This document shows, piece after piece, positions 35,886 to 44,639 of a DNA stretch of 64,000 bases (within the stretch, counting starts at the first letter, position 1; each line of letters starts with the position of its first letter). This DNA is from an uncultured Candidatus Peribacteria bacterium (lineage in GTDB: Bacteria > Patescibacteriota > Gracilibacteria > 1-14-2-50-48-13). The stretch lies in the NCBI GenBank assembly GCA_964349065.1, contig CAYGEY010000002.1, forward strand, positions 907 to 64,906, given 5' to 3'. The position numbers and the translations under genes are program-made. Under the pieces are notes generated by a model. That model was given only the letters and a program-made list of their open reading frames with translations, did not search any database and was not told where the DNA came from.

Positions 35886-38024
35886 TTACGCCGCGGGCAT
35901 TTCAAAAAATTGTTTATGCGTCAGACTCACTTTTCCTTCTCCTTCAAGTGCCTTCACTTTAACCTTGATGCGATCTCCAAGTTTCAACACATCTTCAACA
36001 GCGTTGATCCTCATCGGAGCAATTTCTGAAATATGAAGAAGTCCTTCCTTGCCGGGAGCGTATTCAACGAGGGCGCCAAATCCGAGGATCCGTGTTACTT
36101 TTCCTTCAAACTCATCTCCGACTTGAGGCATGTAGGTGAGAGCCTTAATCATAGCAACTGCTTCCATCACGCCTTTCGCGTCTGTACCTGTGACCATAAC
36201 AAGACCGTTATCATCAATATCGATCTTCGCATTCGTTGCGGCAACAATAGATCGGATCATCTTTCCGCCAGGACCGATCACCTCACCAATAGACGCTACC
36301 GGAATCATCATTGACTCGATACGTGGAGCATATTGAGACATCTCTTTGAGAGGAGCTGAAAGTACCGCCGTCATCGTATCCAAAATATGCTTTCGTCCTT
36401 TATCGGCTTTCGCAATCGCATCTTTCAATATTTCGCTTGTTAATCCCTCGATCTTGATATCAAGTTGCAGAGACGTAATACCTTTATCCGTACCGGCAAC
36501 TTTGAAATCCATATCTCCAAGGAAATCCTCAAGCCCCTGAATATCAAACAAAATACAATGTTCTTTGGTGTCCTTGTCTAAAATAAGTCCCATCGCAATA
36601 CCTGATACAGGAGCGGAAATCGGCACACCAGCATCCATGAGAGCAAGCGTAGAGCCGCAGACAGAGGCCATTGATGATGAACCATTACTCATTAGGACTT
36701 CAGATACAACTCGGATCGTATATGGAAACGCTTCCTTCGTTGGAAGTACAGCCAAAAGTGCTCGCTCAGCCAGATCTCCATGACCAATCTCCCGACGTCC
36801 GGGACCTCGATTAGGAGCTACTTCACCGACGGAAAATGCCGGGAAATTGTAATGATGGAGATATCGTTTCTCTGTCGCTTCATCCATGTCATCAACTACC
36901 ATTGCATCTCCGGGAGAACCAAGGGTGAGCATTGATAACACTTGTGTTTCACCTCGCGTGAACAATCCTGACCCATGGACTCTTGGGAACAAACCATGCT
37001 CAACTGCGATCGGTCTGATTTCATCCAACTTTCTACCATCCACACGAACTCCTTCACGGAGAACCAGCTTTCTCATATGATATTGGATTTGATCATACAC
37101 CACTTTTTTTACATCTTTTTCTGTCCAAATATTACCTTCTGTTTTATCTGTGTATTTTGGGGCAAAATGTTCAAGTGTCTCTTTCATAATGGCCTTTTGC
37201 GCAAGGTCTGCATCATCTTTTCCTTTTCCGAAAATACCTTTGACCTTTGACTCTGAAACAAAGTCTCCCACCTCTTTGACAACCTCCGCAGGAACATCAA
37301 TAATAATCAGTTCAATAGGTTTGATATCTGTAATTGCGCTTAAAAATTCTTTTTGGATCGCACAAAGTTCTTTGATCTTCTCATGGGCTTTTTCAAGTGC
37401 TTTGAGAAATAAATCAGAGTCTACCTCCTTAGCTCCCGCCTCGATCATGGTGATGGCATTTGCAGTACCGGCTACCATGAGATCCAACCGACCATTTTCA
37501 ACTTGTTCATAATTTGGATTCACAACAATTTCTTCAGTACCATCTTCTTTCATTACAAGTCCTACTCTCACTCCTGCACATGGGCCTCCAAACGGAGCTC
37601 CGGTGAGAGAACAAGCAAGCGATGCTCCTAAAATAGCAATATCCTCAGGGTTATTCACCATGTCAGCTTGCAACACATTAACTACTACCTGCACGTCATT
37701 TCGTGTGTTTTTTGGAAACAACGGCCGAAGCGGACGATCGATCATTCGAGCCGCGAGGATAGAACCATCCGAAGGACGACCTTCTCTTTTGATAAACCGG
37801 CTTCCTTTCATTTTCCCTGTTGCGTAAAATTTTTCTTGGTAGTCAACTAACAACGGGAAGAAATCCATCCCGGGACGAGGCTCCTTTGCAATTGTTGTCG
37901 TGACCAAAATGGAGGTGTCTCCGTAACTGACCTGAATACTTCCGGTCGCGAATTTAGCGAGTTTTCCGGTCTCTAACACGAGTTTTCGCCCGAGGAATTC
38001 TTTTTCAATTCTGTGAATTTGCAT
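35886..38024 (-). CDS. pnp: polyribonucleotide nucleotidyltransferase (PNPase)
   Basis: 712 aa. Two RNase PH domains plus KH and S1 domains (GKVTRILGFGALVEY). Confidence 0.95.
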   Translation of the reverse strand: MQIHRIEKEFLGRKLVLETGKLAKFATGSIQVSYGDTSILVTTTIAKEPRPGMDFFPLLVDYQEKFYATGKMKGSRFIKREGRPSDGSILAARMIDRPLRPLFPKNTRNDVQVVVNVLQADMVNNPEDIAILGASLACSLTGAPFGGPCAGVRVGLVMKEDGTEEIVVNPNYEQVENGRLDLMVAGTANAITMIEAGAKEVDSDLFLKALEKAHEKIKELCAIQKEFLSAITDIKPIELIIIDVPAEVVKEVGDFVSESKVKGIFGKGKDDADLAQKAIMKETLEHFAPKYTDKTEGNIWTEKDVKKVVYDQIQYHMRKLVLREGVRVDGRKLDEIRPIAVEHGLFPRVHGSGLFTRGETQVLSMLTLGSPGDAMVVDDMDEATEKRYLHHYNFPAFSVGEVAPNRGPGRREIGHGDLAERALLAVLPTKEAFPYTIRVVSEVLMSNGSSSMASVCGSTLALMDAGVPISAPVSGIAMGLILDKDTKEHCILFDIQGLEDFLGDMDFKVAGTDKGITSLQLDIKIEGLTSEILKDAIAKADKGRKHILDTMTAVLSAPLKEMSQYAPRIESMMIPVASIGEVIGPGGKMIRSIVAATNAKIDIDDNGLVMVTGTDAKGVMEAVAMIKALTYMPQVGDEFEGKVTRILGFGALVEYAPGKEGLLHISEIAPMRINAVEDVLKLGDRIKVKVKALEGEGKVSLTHKQFFEMPAA

Positions 38025-38064
38025 AGCAAAACATTATAATATAATGATCCTATGCTTTTGTTTG

Positions 38065-38111
38065 GTCTCACGTGCCGTGTGCTAATAGTTTTAGCAGTCC
38101 GCACTTGAGAC
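38065..38111 (-). promoter_or_regulatory. long imperfect hairpin in the pnp 5' leader
   Basis: GTCTCAcGTGCcgtgTGCTAAtagttTTAGCAgtccGCACtTGAGAC, about 40-85 nt upstream of the pnp ATG. Confidence 0.4.
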
Positions 38112-38180
38112 GAAAAGTGAGCAGAGGAACGAGGGGAGTGTAGCAGGTTTTTGGGAAAATGGAAGGGGATGTTGGGATAT

Positions 38181-38204
38181 GAAAAAGAGGGGTCTCCCCC
38201 CTCT
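38181..38204 (-). terminator. rho-independent terminator after 38227..38859
   Basis: AGAGGGG-ggaga-CCCCTCT followed by TTTTC on the minus strand. Confidence 0.7.
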
Positions 38205-38226
38205 AATTTGCACAAATAATGTGCTT

Positions 38227-38859
38227 TTACGATTCCATTCTTTCCAAAATCATTTTAATTTCTTCCATGATTTCAAGGTCACTTTCAAGTTCATCCATAG
38301 TGAGCGTGCAATCGCGTTTACTTTTAAAGTTGAGTTTGAGTGAATGGTCTGAAGGCCAAATCCAGACTACACCAGAAATATCATCAGTACACATTTCTGG
38401 AGCCTTATCAGGAAGGTATGTCAGAAAGAAATTGAAGTTACGACATTCTAAAACATCATAATTTCCACACCCTCCATTAAAGTTAAATCCAGAACAAATT
38501 CGTTTCCTCACATCTAGAGAGTCTAATGAGGAAAGAAGTGCAACTTTTGACACAATTGTGGCTATTTGCATGCCTGTATTGAACACCCTACTAAAACTTA
38601 TTTTAGAGGGGATGTAATCCCCCTCATCAATTGCAATTTTACCGTTCATTCTTGATAAAACATCCGAGAAGAAGTTGGGATATTCGAAGTCATTGTATTC
38701 AAAAACAAGCTTACAAGTGTCATCATTAAAACTAAAAGTATAATGATTTGATAACCCACTATTTTTACCAAATAGATCTTCTATAAGCTCCTGAGAAACT
38801 CCTCTGGGTAACTTGACTCCCTTATAGACGATTAATTTCCGGACAGCTATGGTATCCAT
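38227..38859 (-). CDS. hypothetical protein
   Basis: 210-aa ORF with its own terminator. No motif recognised. Confidence 0.5.
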   Translation of the reverse strand: MDTIAVRKLIVYKGVKLPRGVSQELIEDLFGKNSGLSNHYTFSFNDDTCKLVFEYNDFEYPNFFSDVLSRMNGKIAIDEGDYIPSKISFSRVFNTGMQIATIVSKVALLSSLDSLDVRKRICSGFNFNGGCGNYDVLECRNFNFFLTYLPDKAPEMCTDDISGVVWIWPSDHSLKLNFKSKRDCTLTMDELESDLEIMEEIKMILERMES

Positions 38860-38942
38860 AATTTTATTTTCCGCCTTTTATTTTTTTATTGAATCCAATC
38901 TACAACTATTACCACACAAGTCAATCTTTCAACACCTCACCT

Positions 38943-38971
38943 TTGACACTTACATGAACCCACGCTACAAT
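38943..38971 (+). promoter_or_regulatory. sigma70-type promoter of glyQS
   Basis: TTGACA-17 nt-TACAAT, 30 nt upstream of the ATG. Confidence 0.6.
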
Positions 38972-39000
38972 CCAACCACTTAACAACATAACTCCAACCC

Positions 39001-40398
39001 ATGGACGTCTCAATGGATACCATCATCAATCTCTGCAAAGGTCGCGGCTTTATCTTCCAAGGCTCCGAGATTTACGGTGGGATGGCGTCCACGTATGATT
39101 ACGGACCCCTCGGTGTAGAGCTCAAAAACAACGTCAAACAAGCATGGTGGCGAACATTTGTGCAAAATCGGGAGGACATGGTCGGACAAGATGCTGCGAT
39201 ATTAATGAACCCGCGTGCGTGGGAGGCGTCGGGGCATGTGGGTGGATTTTCGGATCCATTGATGGATTGTAAGGAATGTAAAAATAGATGGAGAGCTGAC
39301 AAACTCATCGAAGAATATCTTGAAAAAAATGTAGCCGACGCAGATCGCGTCATTGGTTGGCCGACTGAAAAAACCCCTTTCTCAGAAATGGAAGGATTTA
39401 TTAAAGATAAAAAAATCGCTTGCCCAAATTGCAAAGCAACAAATTTTACAGAAATCCGTACATTTAATTTAATGTTCAAGACATTTCAAGGTGTGGTGGA
39501 AGATAGCACAAGTATCGTCTATTTAAGGCCAGAAACGGCCCAAGGAATCTTTGTTGATTTCAAAGCGATTTTGAATTCTTCACGCAAAAAAATCCCGTTC
39601 GGGATTGCTCAAATTGGAAAAGCTTTCCGAAATGAAATCACTCCGGGAAATTTTACTTTCCGCACCCGGGAGTTCGAGCAAATGGAGATCGAGTACTTTG
39701 TTTCGCCTGAGGATTGGAAGCCTTCGTTTGAGGAGTGGCAAAAAGCGATTCATGCATTCGCACTTAGTTGCGGACTTGATCCAGAAAAGCTCCGGTTCCG
39801 TGAACATGCCAAGGATGAGCTTTCACACTATTCATCCCAAACTGTTGATATAGAATACAAATTCCCATTTGGGTGGGGAGAGTTATGGGGCCTCGCCTAC
39901 AGAGGAGACTTTGATCTTTCTCAACATCAGAAATTTAGCGGTGAAGACCTTTCATATTTTGATCAGGAACATAATAAAAAATACATACCTCATGTCATTG
40001 AGCCTTCGGTCGGCGCTGATCGCCTCTCACTTGCCATTTTACTTTCATGTTATACTGAAGAAACGGTTGGAGATGAAACTCGAGTGGTCTTAAAATTTCC
40101 GAAAAATTTAGCGCCGTACAAAGTTGCCGTATTACCGCTTGTGAACAAACTGGAAGACAAGGCGAAAGAAGTATACGAGAGTATAAAACGAGAATTCCAC
40201 ACTGAGTTTGACCGCTCCGGAAGCATCGGTAAACGATACAGACGGCAAGATGAAATAGGGACGCCGTATTGCGTGACCATAGATTTTGAAACCCTTGAGG
40301 ATGGTGCCGTTACTGTGCGAGATCGGGATAGTATGGAACAGGAACGTGTAAAGTTATCTGAATTGAAATCTTATTTGGCAGGTAAACTTGCTTCGTAG
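39001..40398 (+). CDS. glyQS: glycyl-tRNA synthetase (dimeric class II type)
   Basis: 465 aa. RGFIFQGSEIYGG, FRNEITPGNFTFRTREFEQMEIEYF, VIEPSVGADRL. Confidence 0.92.
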   Translation: MDVSMDTIINLCKGRGFIFQGSEIYGGMASTYDYGPLGVELKNNVKQAWWRTFVQNREDMVGQDAAILMNPRAWEASGHVGGFSDPLMDCKECKNRWRADKLIEEYLEKNVADADRVIGWPTEKTPFSEMEGFIKDKKIACPNCKATNFTEIRTFNLMFKTFQGVVEDSTSIVYLRPETAQGIFVDFKAILNSSRKKIPFGIAQIGKAFRNEITPGNFTFRTREFEQMEIEYFVSPEDWKPSFEEWQKAIHAFALSCGLDPEKLRFREHAKDELSHYSSQTVDIEYKFPFGWGELWGLAYRGDFDLSQHQKFSGEDLSYFDQEHNKKYIPHVIEPSVGADRLSLAILLSCYTEETVGDETRVVLKFPKNLAPYKVAVLPLVNKLEDKAKEVYESIKREFHTEFDRSGSIGKRYRRQDEIGTPYCVTIDFETLEDGAVTVRDRDSMEQERVKLSELKSYLAGKLAS

Positions 40399-41273
40399 TC
40401 TTCTTCAGTTGCAGGTTCAAATGCAGAAACCCCTTTACCGGTTGATGACCAGAGTAGGGCTGTTTTTGCTTCAGGAAAACGGTTGGTGCTTCCAAGTAAA
40501 ATTACAATATATTTGTGAGCATTTTTTGATTGTACTATACCGATATATGACTGACCGGCATTATCCGTGGTGCCGGTTTTGAGGCCAATTACTTTCATGA
40601 AAGATGTCCCCAAAAGTTCGTTCGTTGTTTTGAGTTCATATGGCAACCCGGAAAGAGACGTTGAGATTTCTTTCTGCGTGCTGGAAATTTCTAAAACTTC
40701 CGGAAATTCTTTCATCACATATTTGGAAAGAGTGAACAAATCCCTCGCCGTTGTGTAATGATTGGGACTATCCAATCCCATAACATTTTCAAAATGCGTC
40801 GCAACCATGCCGATTTCCTCGGCTTTTTGATTCATCTTTTGTATGAACTTAGGTCCTCCACCTGAGAAATGTTCAGCTAAAGCCACAGTAGCATCATTTC
40901 CGGAGCGGATGAGAGCCCCATGGATGAGGTCTTTTACAGTCAATGCATCGTGGGCTTTGTAGCCTACTTTTGATCCCTCTGTTTCGGTCGCAGCCTTAGA
41001 AATATTCACAACATCTGCAAGCTTATAGTTTTCCAAACTCACTAAAACAGTCATCAACTTGGTGAGGGACGCCATCGCATGTGGCTCCATGCTTTTCTTT
41101 TCCAGAATGATTTCCCCAGTTTCTAAATCGCCAATCAAAAAATTATCAGCAGTTGTTGCCGGGATAACTTCAGTTGAAATTTCTGTAAGTACTTGGCCGG
41201 AACCAGTAAGCGTTTTTGGTTCGTCTGCAAATACAGGGAGTCCAAAAAATATGGAGAGCATTATTGTAAACAT
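40371..41273 (-). CDS. D-alanyl-D-alanine carboxypeptidase (peptidase S11, PBP5-like)
   Basis: 300 aa. SxxK as ASLTKLMT, SGN as IRSGNDA, KTG as LKTGTTDNAG. Signal-like N-terminus. Confidence 0.85.
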   Translation of the reverse strand: MFTIMLSIFFGLPVFADEPKTLTGSGQVLTEISTEVIPATTADNFLIGDLETGEIILEKKSMEPHAMASLTKLMTVLVSLENYKLADVVNISKAATETEGSKVGYKAHDALTVKDLIHGALIRSGNDATVALAEHFSGGGPKFIQKMNQKAEEIGMVATHFENVMGLDSPNHYTTARDLFTLSKYVMKEFPEVLEISSTQKEISTSLSGLPYELKTTNELLGTSFMKVIGLKTGTTDNAGQSYIGIVQSKNAHKYIVILLGSTNRFPEAKTALLWSSTGKGVSAFEPATEEDYEASLPAK

Positions 41274-41830
41274 AGGTTTCCATCTTCAGCGTCCTTGGCG
41301 AGAACAAGTAAAATGCCATCATCTTCGTCGGTCGGAAGTGTGACGTGAATATAATTTTTTTCTGCCAGATATGCAAATAAGTCCTCCATTTTGTGACGGA
41401 ATTTTATAACGTCGTCGAAGATAAAGAGGGTGTCGGCATGAGAGAGAGGGATGGAAGCTTTAAAATATTCTACGTATTCTTTTTTCATCGCGTCGATGAA
41501 GATAAGGTCGAATGTGTCTGTGAGAGTTGGGATTATTTCTTTGGCGTCACCACAGAGGAAGGTGATTTGGTCAATGACGTCCATGGTTTGGGCATGTTCT
41601 TTTGCTTCAGTGATATCTCGCTCTGATCGCTCGATTGTCGTTATTTGAGCTCCGAATTTTGCGAAAAAGAGGGTGGAGACACCGTTTGCTGTTCCGATTT
41701 CGAGGATGGTTTTTGCTTTGGATATTTGGGCGAGTATTAATAATGTGTATCCATTTTTCATGGAGACGTTTGGGACTTTTTGCTCACGACTTTTTGCATG
41801 TATTTTTTTCAGTTCGGAAAAATATCCCAT
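41261..41830 (-). CDS. class I SAM-dependent O-methyltransferase
   Basis: ILEIGTANGVSTLFFA SAM motif and IFIDAMKKEY. MGYFSELKK at 41830 preferred because a terminator overlaps the longer ORF's 5' end. Confidence 0.75.
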   Translation of the reverse strand: MGYFSELKKIHAKSREQKVPNVSMKNGYTLLILAQISKAKTILEIGTANGVSTLFFAKFGAQITTIERSERDITEAKEHAQTMDVIDQITFLCGDAKEIIPTLTDTFDLIFIDAMKKEYVEYFKASIPLSHADTLFIFDDVIKFRHKMEDLFAYLAEKNYIHVTLPTDEDDGILLVLAKDAEDGNLCLQ

Positions 41831-41890
41831 AAATTTATAGATAATTACAGAATGACTATATGGATTTTTGAGAGTTTGAAAACGAAAGAT

Positions 41891-41928
41891 AAAAAACAAA
41901 TCCCCTATTGCAACGCAAAAGGGGATTT
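41891..41928 (-). terminator. rho-independent terminator after 41961..42260
   Basis: AAATCCCCT / AGGGGATTT stem followed by GTTTTTTATC on the minus strand. Confidence 0.7.
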
Positions 41929-41960
41929 AAGCCGAACAACTTTTGAAGTCAAGTTCTTTG

Positions 41961-42260
41961 TTATCTTTTTGTCATAGACAATACATTTAATCCCTGAAGT
42001 TTTGCCAATAAAGTTTGAATTTTATTAACAACTACTTCAACCCTTGCAGTCATTTCATCAACATGATACTCAGTTTGGAATTCAACAAACTTTACCAACA
42101 CTTCATTGCAACCTGATATGAGTTCACTCCAAATTGTATACAATTCCAAATCTTTTTGCACTTCTGAAATATTTGGTAAAAACTTTTCAATCTGCTGCTC
42201 GAGATCATGTAGATCTTTCATAAGTGAATTAAACTTTTCTTGATATGTCATATCAACCAC
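41961..42260 (-). CDS. small helical hypothetical protein
   Basis: 99-aa ORF with its own terminator. Confidence 0.45.
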   Translation of the reverse strand: MVDMTYQEKFNSLMKDLHDLEQQIEKFLPNISEVQKDLELYTIWSELISGCNEVLVKFVEFQTEYHVDEMTARVEVVVNKIQTLLAKLQGLNVLSMTKR

Positions 42261-42356
42261 CTTATTTTTTTGAGTACTCTATTCACAAAGTCTATAAAGT
42301 CAAAGGATTTTGAATATCCCCCGGCCGGATTGTACCTGCCGGAGGGATATTGTTAG

Positions 42357-42803
42357 TTAATTGTTGGAAACTCTACCCCTCGAATGAGGAAGTAGATTTC
42401 TGGATATGAAAGAGCTACGCATTAATTGCTTATCTATTGGTACAAAAGGTAACTCTAAGCACGCTTTGAATTTTTCAAGATCACCTAGTAGATTCGCAAC
42501 AATATTCTCAATATTCAAGATCCTTTCTGAAACGTTTTTATCACTGTCTTTATTAGCTTTTTTTACGATTTTAATCCTTACATTGAAAGTTAAGATCGTT
42601 TTAATAGAACCATTTAACTGCTTGATTAACTCTTCGGATGTAAAATTGGCTGCCTTTGGGTCATTAATATAGTCTTTAACTATACGCATAACTTCCTGAG
42701 CAAGCAGTTTCGCTTGCGTCAAATCTTCCTCATTGGCGTCCACCAGCATCTTGAGTCCATTCATTTCTTCAGTTACTTCAGTTTGTGCAGTTAATTCAGT
42801 CAT
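42357..42803 (-). CDS. helical hypothetical protein
   Basis: 148-aa ORF. A hairpin at 42314..42350 lies downstream. Confidence 0.5.
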   Translation of the reverse strand: MTELTAQTEVTEEMNGLKMLVDANEEDLTQAKLLAQEVMRIVKDYINDPKAANFTSEELIKQLNGSIKTILTFNVRIKIVKKANKDSDKNVSERILNIENIVANLLGDLEKFKACLELPFVPIDKQLMRSSFISRNLLPHSRGRVSNN

Positions 42804-42848
42804 GCTTTTTATTTTCGCTCCTAATTTTAATTTTGCCCAAATGTACCC

Positions 42849-42880
42849 AAAAAAAAAGATAAGTCAAATCAACTTATCTT
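42849..42880 (-). terminator. rho-independent terminator after tsf
   Basis: AAGATAAGT-tgatttg-ACTTATCTT followed by T7 on the minus strand. Confidence 0.75.
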
Positions 42881-42900
42881 TTTCTTCATTTTCCCGATCT

Positions 42901-43674
42901 CTACCCGATCTTCAACATCACAAAACTCAGTACCTTCGCTCCACCAAGTACATCCTTCACTTTCATCGCCGGATCACGAATATAATCTTGCGTTATAAGA
43001 GCCTGTGACTCTTTGAATTTTCGCACTTTTCCTTCAATAATATTCTCAATAATGTTCTCAGGTTTTCCTTCTGCTTTTAATTGATCTCGATACACATCTT
43101 TCTCTTTCTCAATCTCACTTGCATCGACCTCATCCGGATTCACAACAGACGGAGCGCTTGCTACCACCTGCATCGCCATATTTTTCCCAAGTTCTCCATC
43201 TCCTCCTTCAAGTGAAACAATCGCCGCTACTTTGTTATTTGAATGCACATATACTGCCAGATTGTCTCCTTTGAGCATAGATACATCTGCTACTTTGATG
43301 TTTTCACCAAGTGTCACAATCGCCTCATTAGCAATTGCCTCACCCTCAGTCATTGCAGCCTCAGCATTTTTTTCAAATGCAATATTTGCAATATCTTTTA
43401 CCAACTTTACAAAGCTCTCAGTCCTTGCAACAAAGTCAGTTTCACAAACAACCTTTACCACTACTCCGATATTTCCTCGGATCTCTGCAAATACAACACC
43501 CTCGGTAGTCTCTCGATCAGCTTTAGAAACTGCTTTTGCCTCTCCTGATTTTCTCAGAAGGTCAATTGCTTTCTCTTCATCTCCTCCAGCCTCTATTAAA
43601 GCTCTTTTACATGCCATCATAGACACGCCCGTTTTTGCTCTCAGGTCCATTACAGCCTTAGCACTTATTTCCAT
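42901..43674 (-). CDS. tsf: translation elongation factor Ts
   Basis: 257 aa. UBA-like N-terminus AKAVMDLRAKTGVSMMACKRALIEAGGDEEKAIDLLRKSG. Confidence 0.9.
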   Translation of the reverse strand: MEISAKAVMDLRAKTGVSMMACKRALIEAGGDEEKAIDLLRKSGEAKAVSKADRETTEGVVFAEIRGNIGVVVKVVCETDFVARTESFVKLVKDIANIAFEKNAEAAMTEGEAIANEAIVTLGENIKVADVSMLKGDNLAVYVHSNNKVAAIVSLEGGDGELGKNMAMQVVASAPSVVNPDEVDASEIEKEKDVYRDQLKAEGKPENIIENIIEGKVRKFKESQALITQDYIRDPAMKVKDVLGGAKVLSFVMLKIG

Positions 43675-43706
43675 AGTGTATAAAATTTAAAATAAAACAT
43701 TCAGAC

Positions 43707-44444
43707 TTACGCAGCCATCTCCGTTTCCACTTCAGCCATCTTAATCACATTCTCTGATTTAGCAGGAGTTTTTCTCTCACATGCAGTTGCAATATAACTA
43801 AGAACATATTCCAAAGATTTTCGTGCATCGTCATTTGCAGGGATAACATAATCCACCCCTTCAGGACTTGCATTCGTATCAACAATAGCAACAACCGGAA
43901 TATGACATAAATTTGCTTCTTTTACAGCCAAAGCCTCTTTGAGAGGGTCAACCACAAACATGACATCAGGCAGGCCTCGCATAAGCTCAACACCACCAAA
44001 TGAGCTCGATAATTTTTCATAATCTTTTTTAAATTTCGCGACTTCTTTTTTCGTATATTTTTCCTCTAAATCTCCACTCTCCAAATCTGTTCGAAGTTCT
44101 TTCAATTTTCCTATTCGCTCTCGTAGTGAATCCCAGTTTGTTAGAAGTCCCGCAGGCCATTTATTTGTTACATACGGCACATGCAATTTGATCGCCATGT
44201 CTTTCATAATCGGACTTACTTGCGGCTTTGTACCTACAAATAACATTGTTTTCCCTTCTTTTGAGGCAACCTCAAGAAATTTTAAAGCTTTTTCCAACTG
44301 GTCCTTCGTCTTCTCCAAGTTTATCACATGAATACCGTCTTTTTCAGCGTAAATAAATTTTTTCATCTTAGGATTCCATTTAGACTTTTTATGTCCAAAA
44401 TGAACGTTTGCTCCTGCCAAATCTTGTACCAAAATTTCTTTCAT
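43707..44444 (-). CDS. rpsB: 30S ribosomal protein S2
   Basis: 245 aa. GANVHFGHKKSKWNPKMKKFIY, VVAIVDTNASPEGVDYVIPANDDA. Confidence 0.95.
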   Translation of the reverse strand: MKEILVQDLAGANVHFGHKKSKWNPKMKKFIYAEKDGIHVINLEKTKDQLEKALKFLEVASKEGKTMLFVGTKPQVSPIMKDMAIKLHVPYVTNKWPAGLLTNWDSLRERIGKLKELRTDLESGDLEEKYTKKEVAKFKKDYEKLSSSFGGVELMRGLPDVMFVVDPLKEALAVKEANLCHIPVVAIVDTNASPEGVDYVIPANDDARKSLEYVLSYIATACERKTPAKSENVIKMAEVETEMAA

Positions 44445-44546
44445 AACTGCCTGGAAAAGGAAAATATAATAATTCGTAGCCGCATATTATACTGATTTGG
44501 CTTCACTGCAAGAAAAAAGTGAGAAAAAGTATTGATGTAAATATTT

Positions 44547-44633
44547 CTTTTGAAAGATAAAGTACCCGGATCTCAATTGCCTGCACGTTCATTCGGCAAG
44601 AATCGATCCTAGGGTACATTTATCTTTCAAAAG
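44547..44633 (-). repeat. conserved long hairpin element, copy A (6 nt after the stop of 44640..46022)
   Basis: Minus strand: CTTTTGAAAGATAAATGTACCC-TAGGATCGATTCTTGCCGAATGAACGTGCAGGCAATTGAGATCC-GGGTACTTTATCTTTCAAAAG. The core is near-identical to 52164..52241, with compensatory pair changes. Confidence 0.7.
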
Positions 44634-44639
44634 TTATCT

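Noticed and set aside
38860-39000. T-box leaders upstream of glyQS (and proS at 6068..6196)
   Set aside because: There is no GGUGGUACC-like core or specifier hairpin. The glyQS upstream region shows only a good TTGACA-17-TACAAT promoter 30 nt from the ATG.
43232-43690. 152-aa plus-strand ORF
   Set aside because: It is antisense to tsf. It is Ser/Ala/Thr-rich and typical of a shadow frame.
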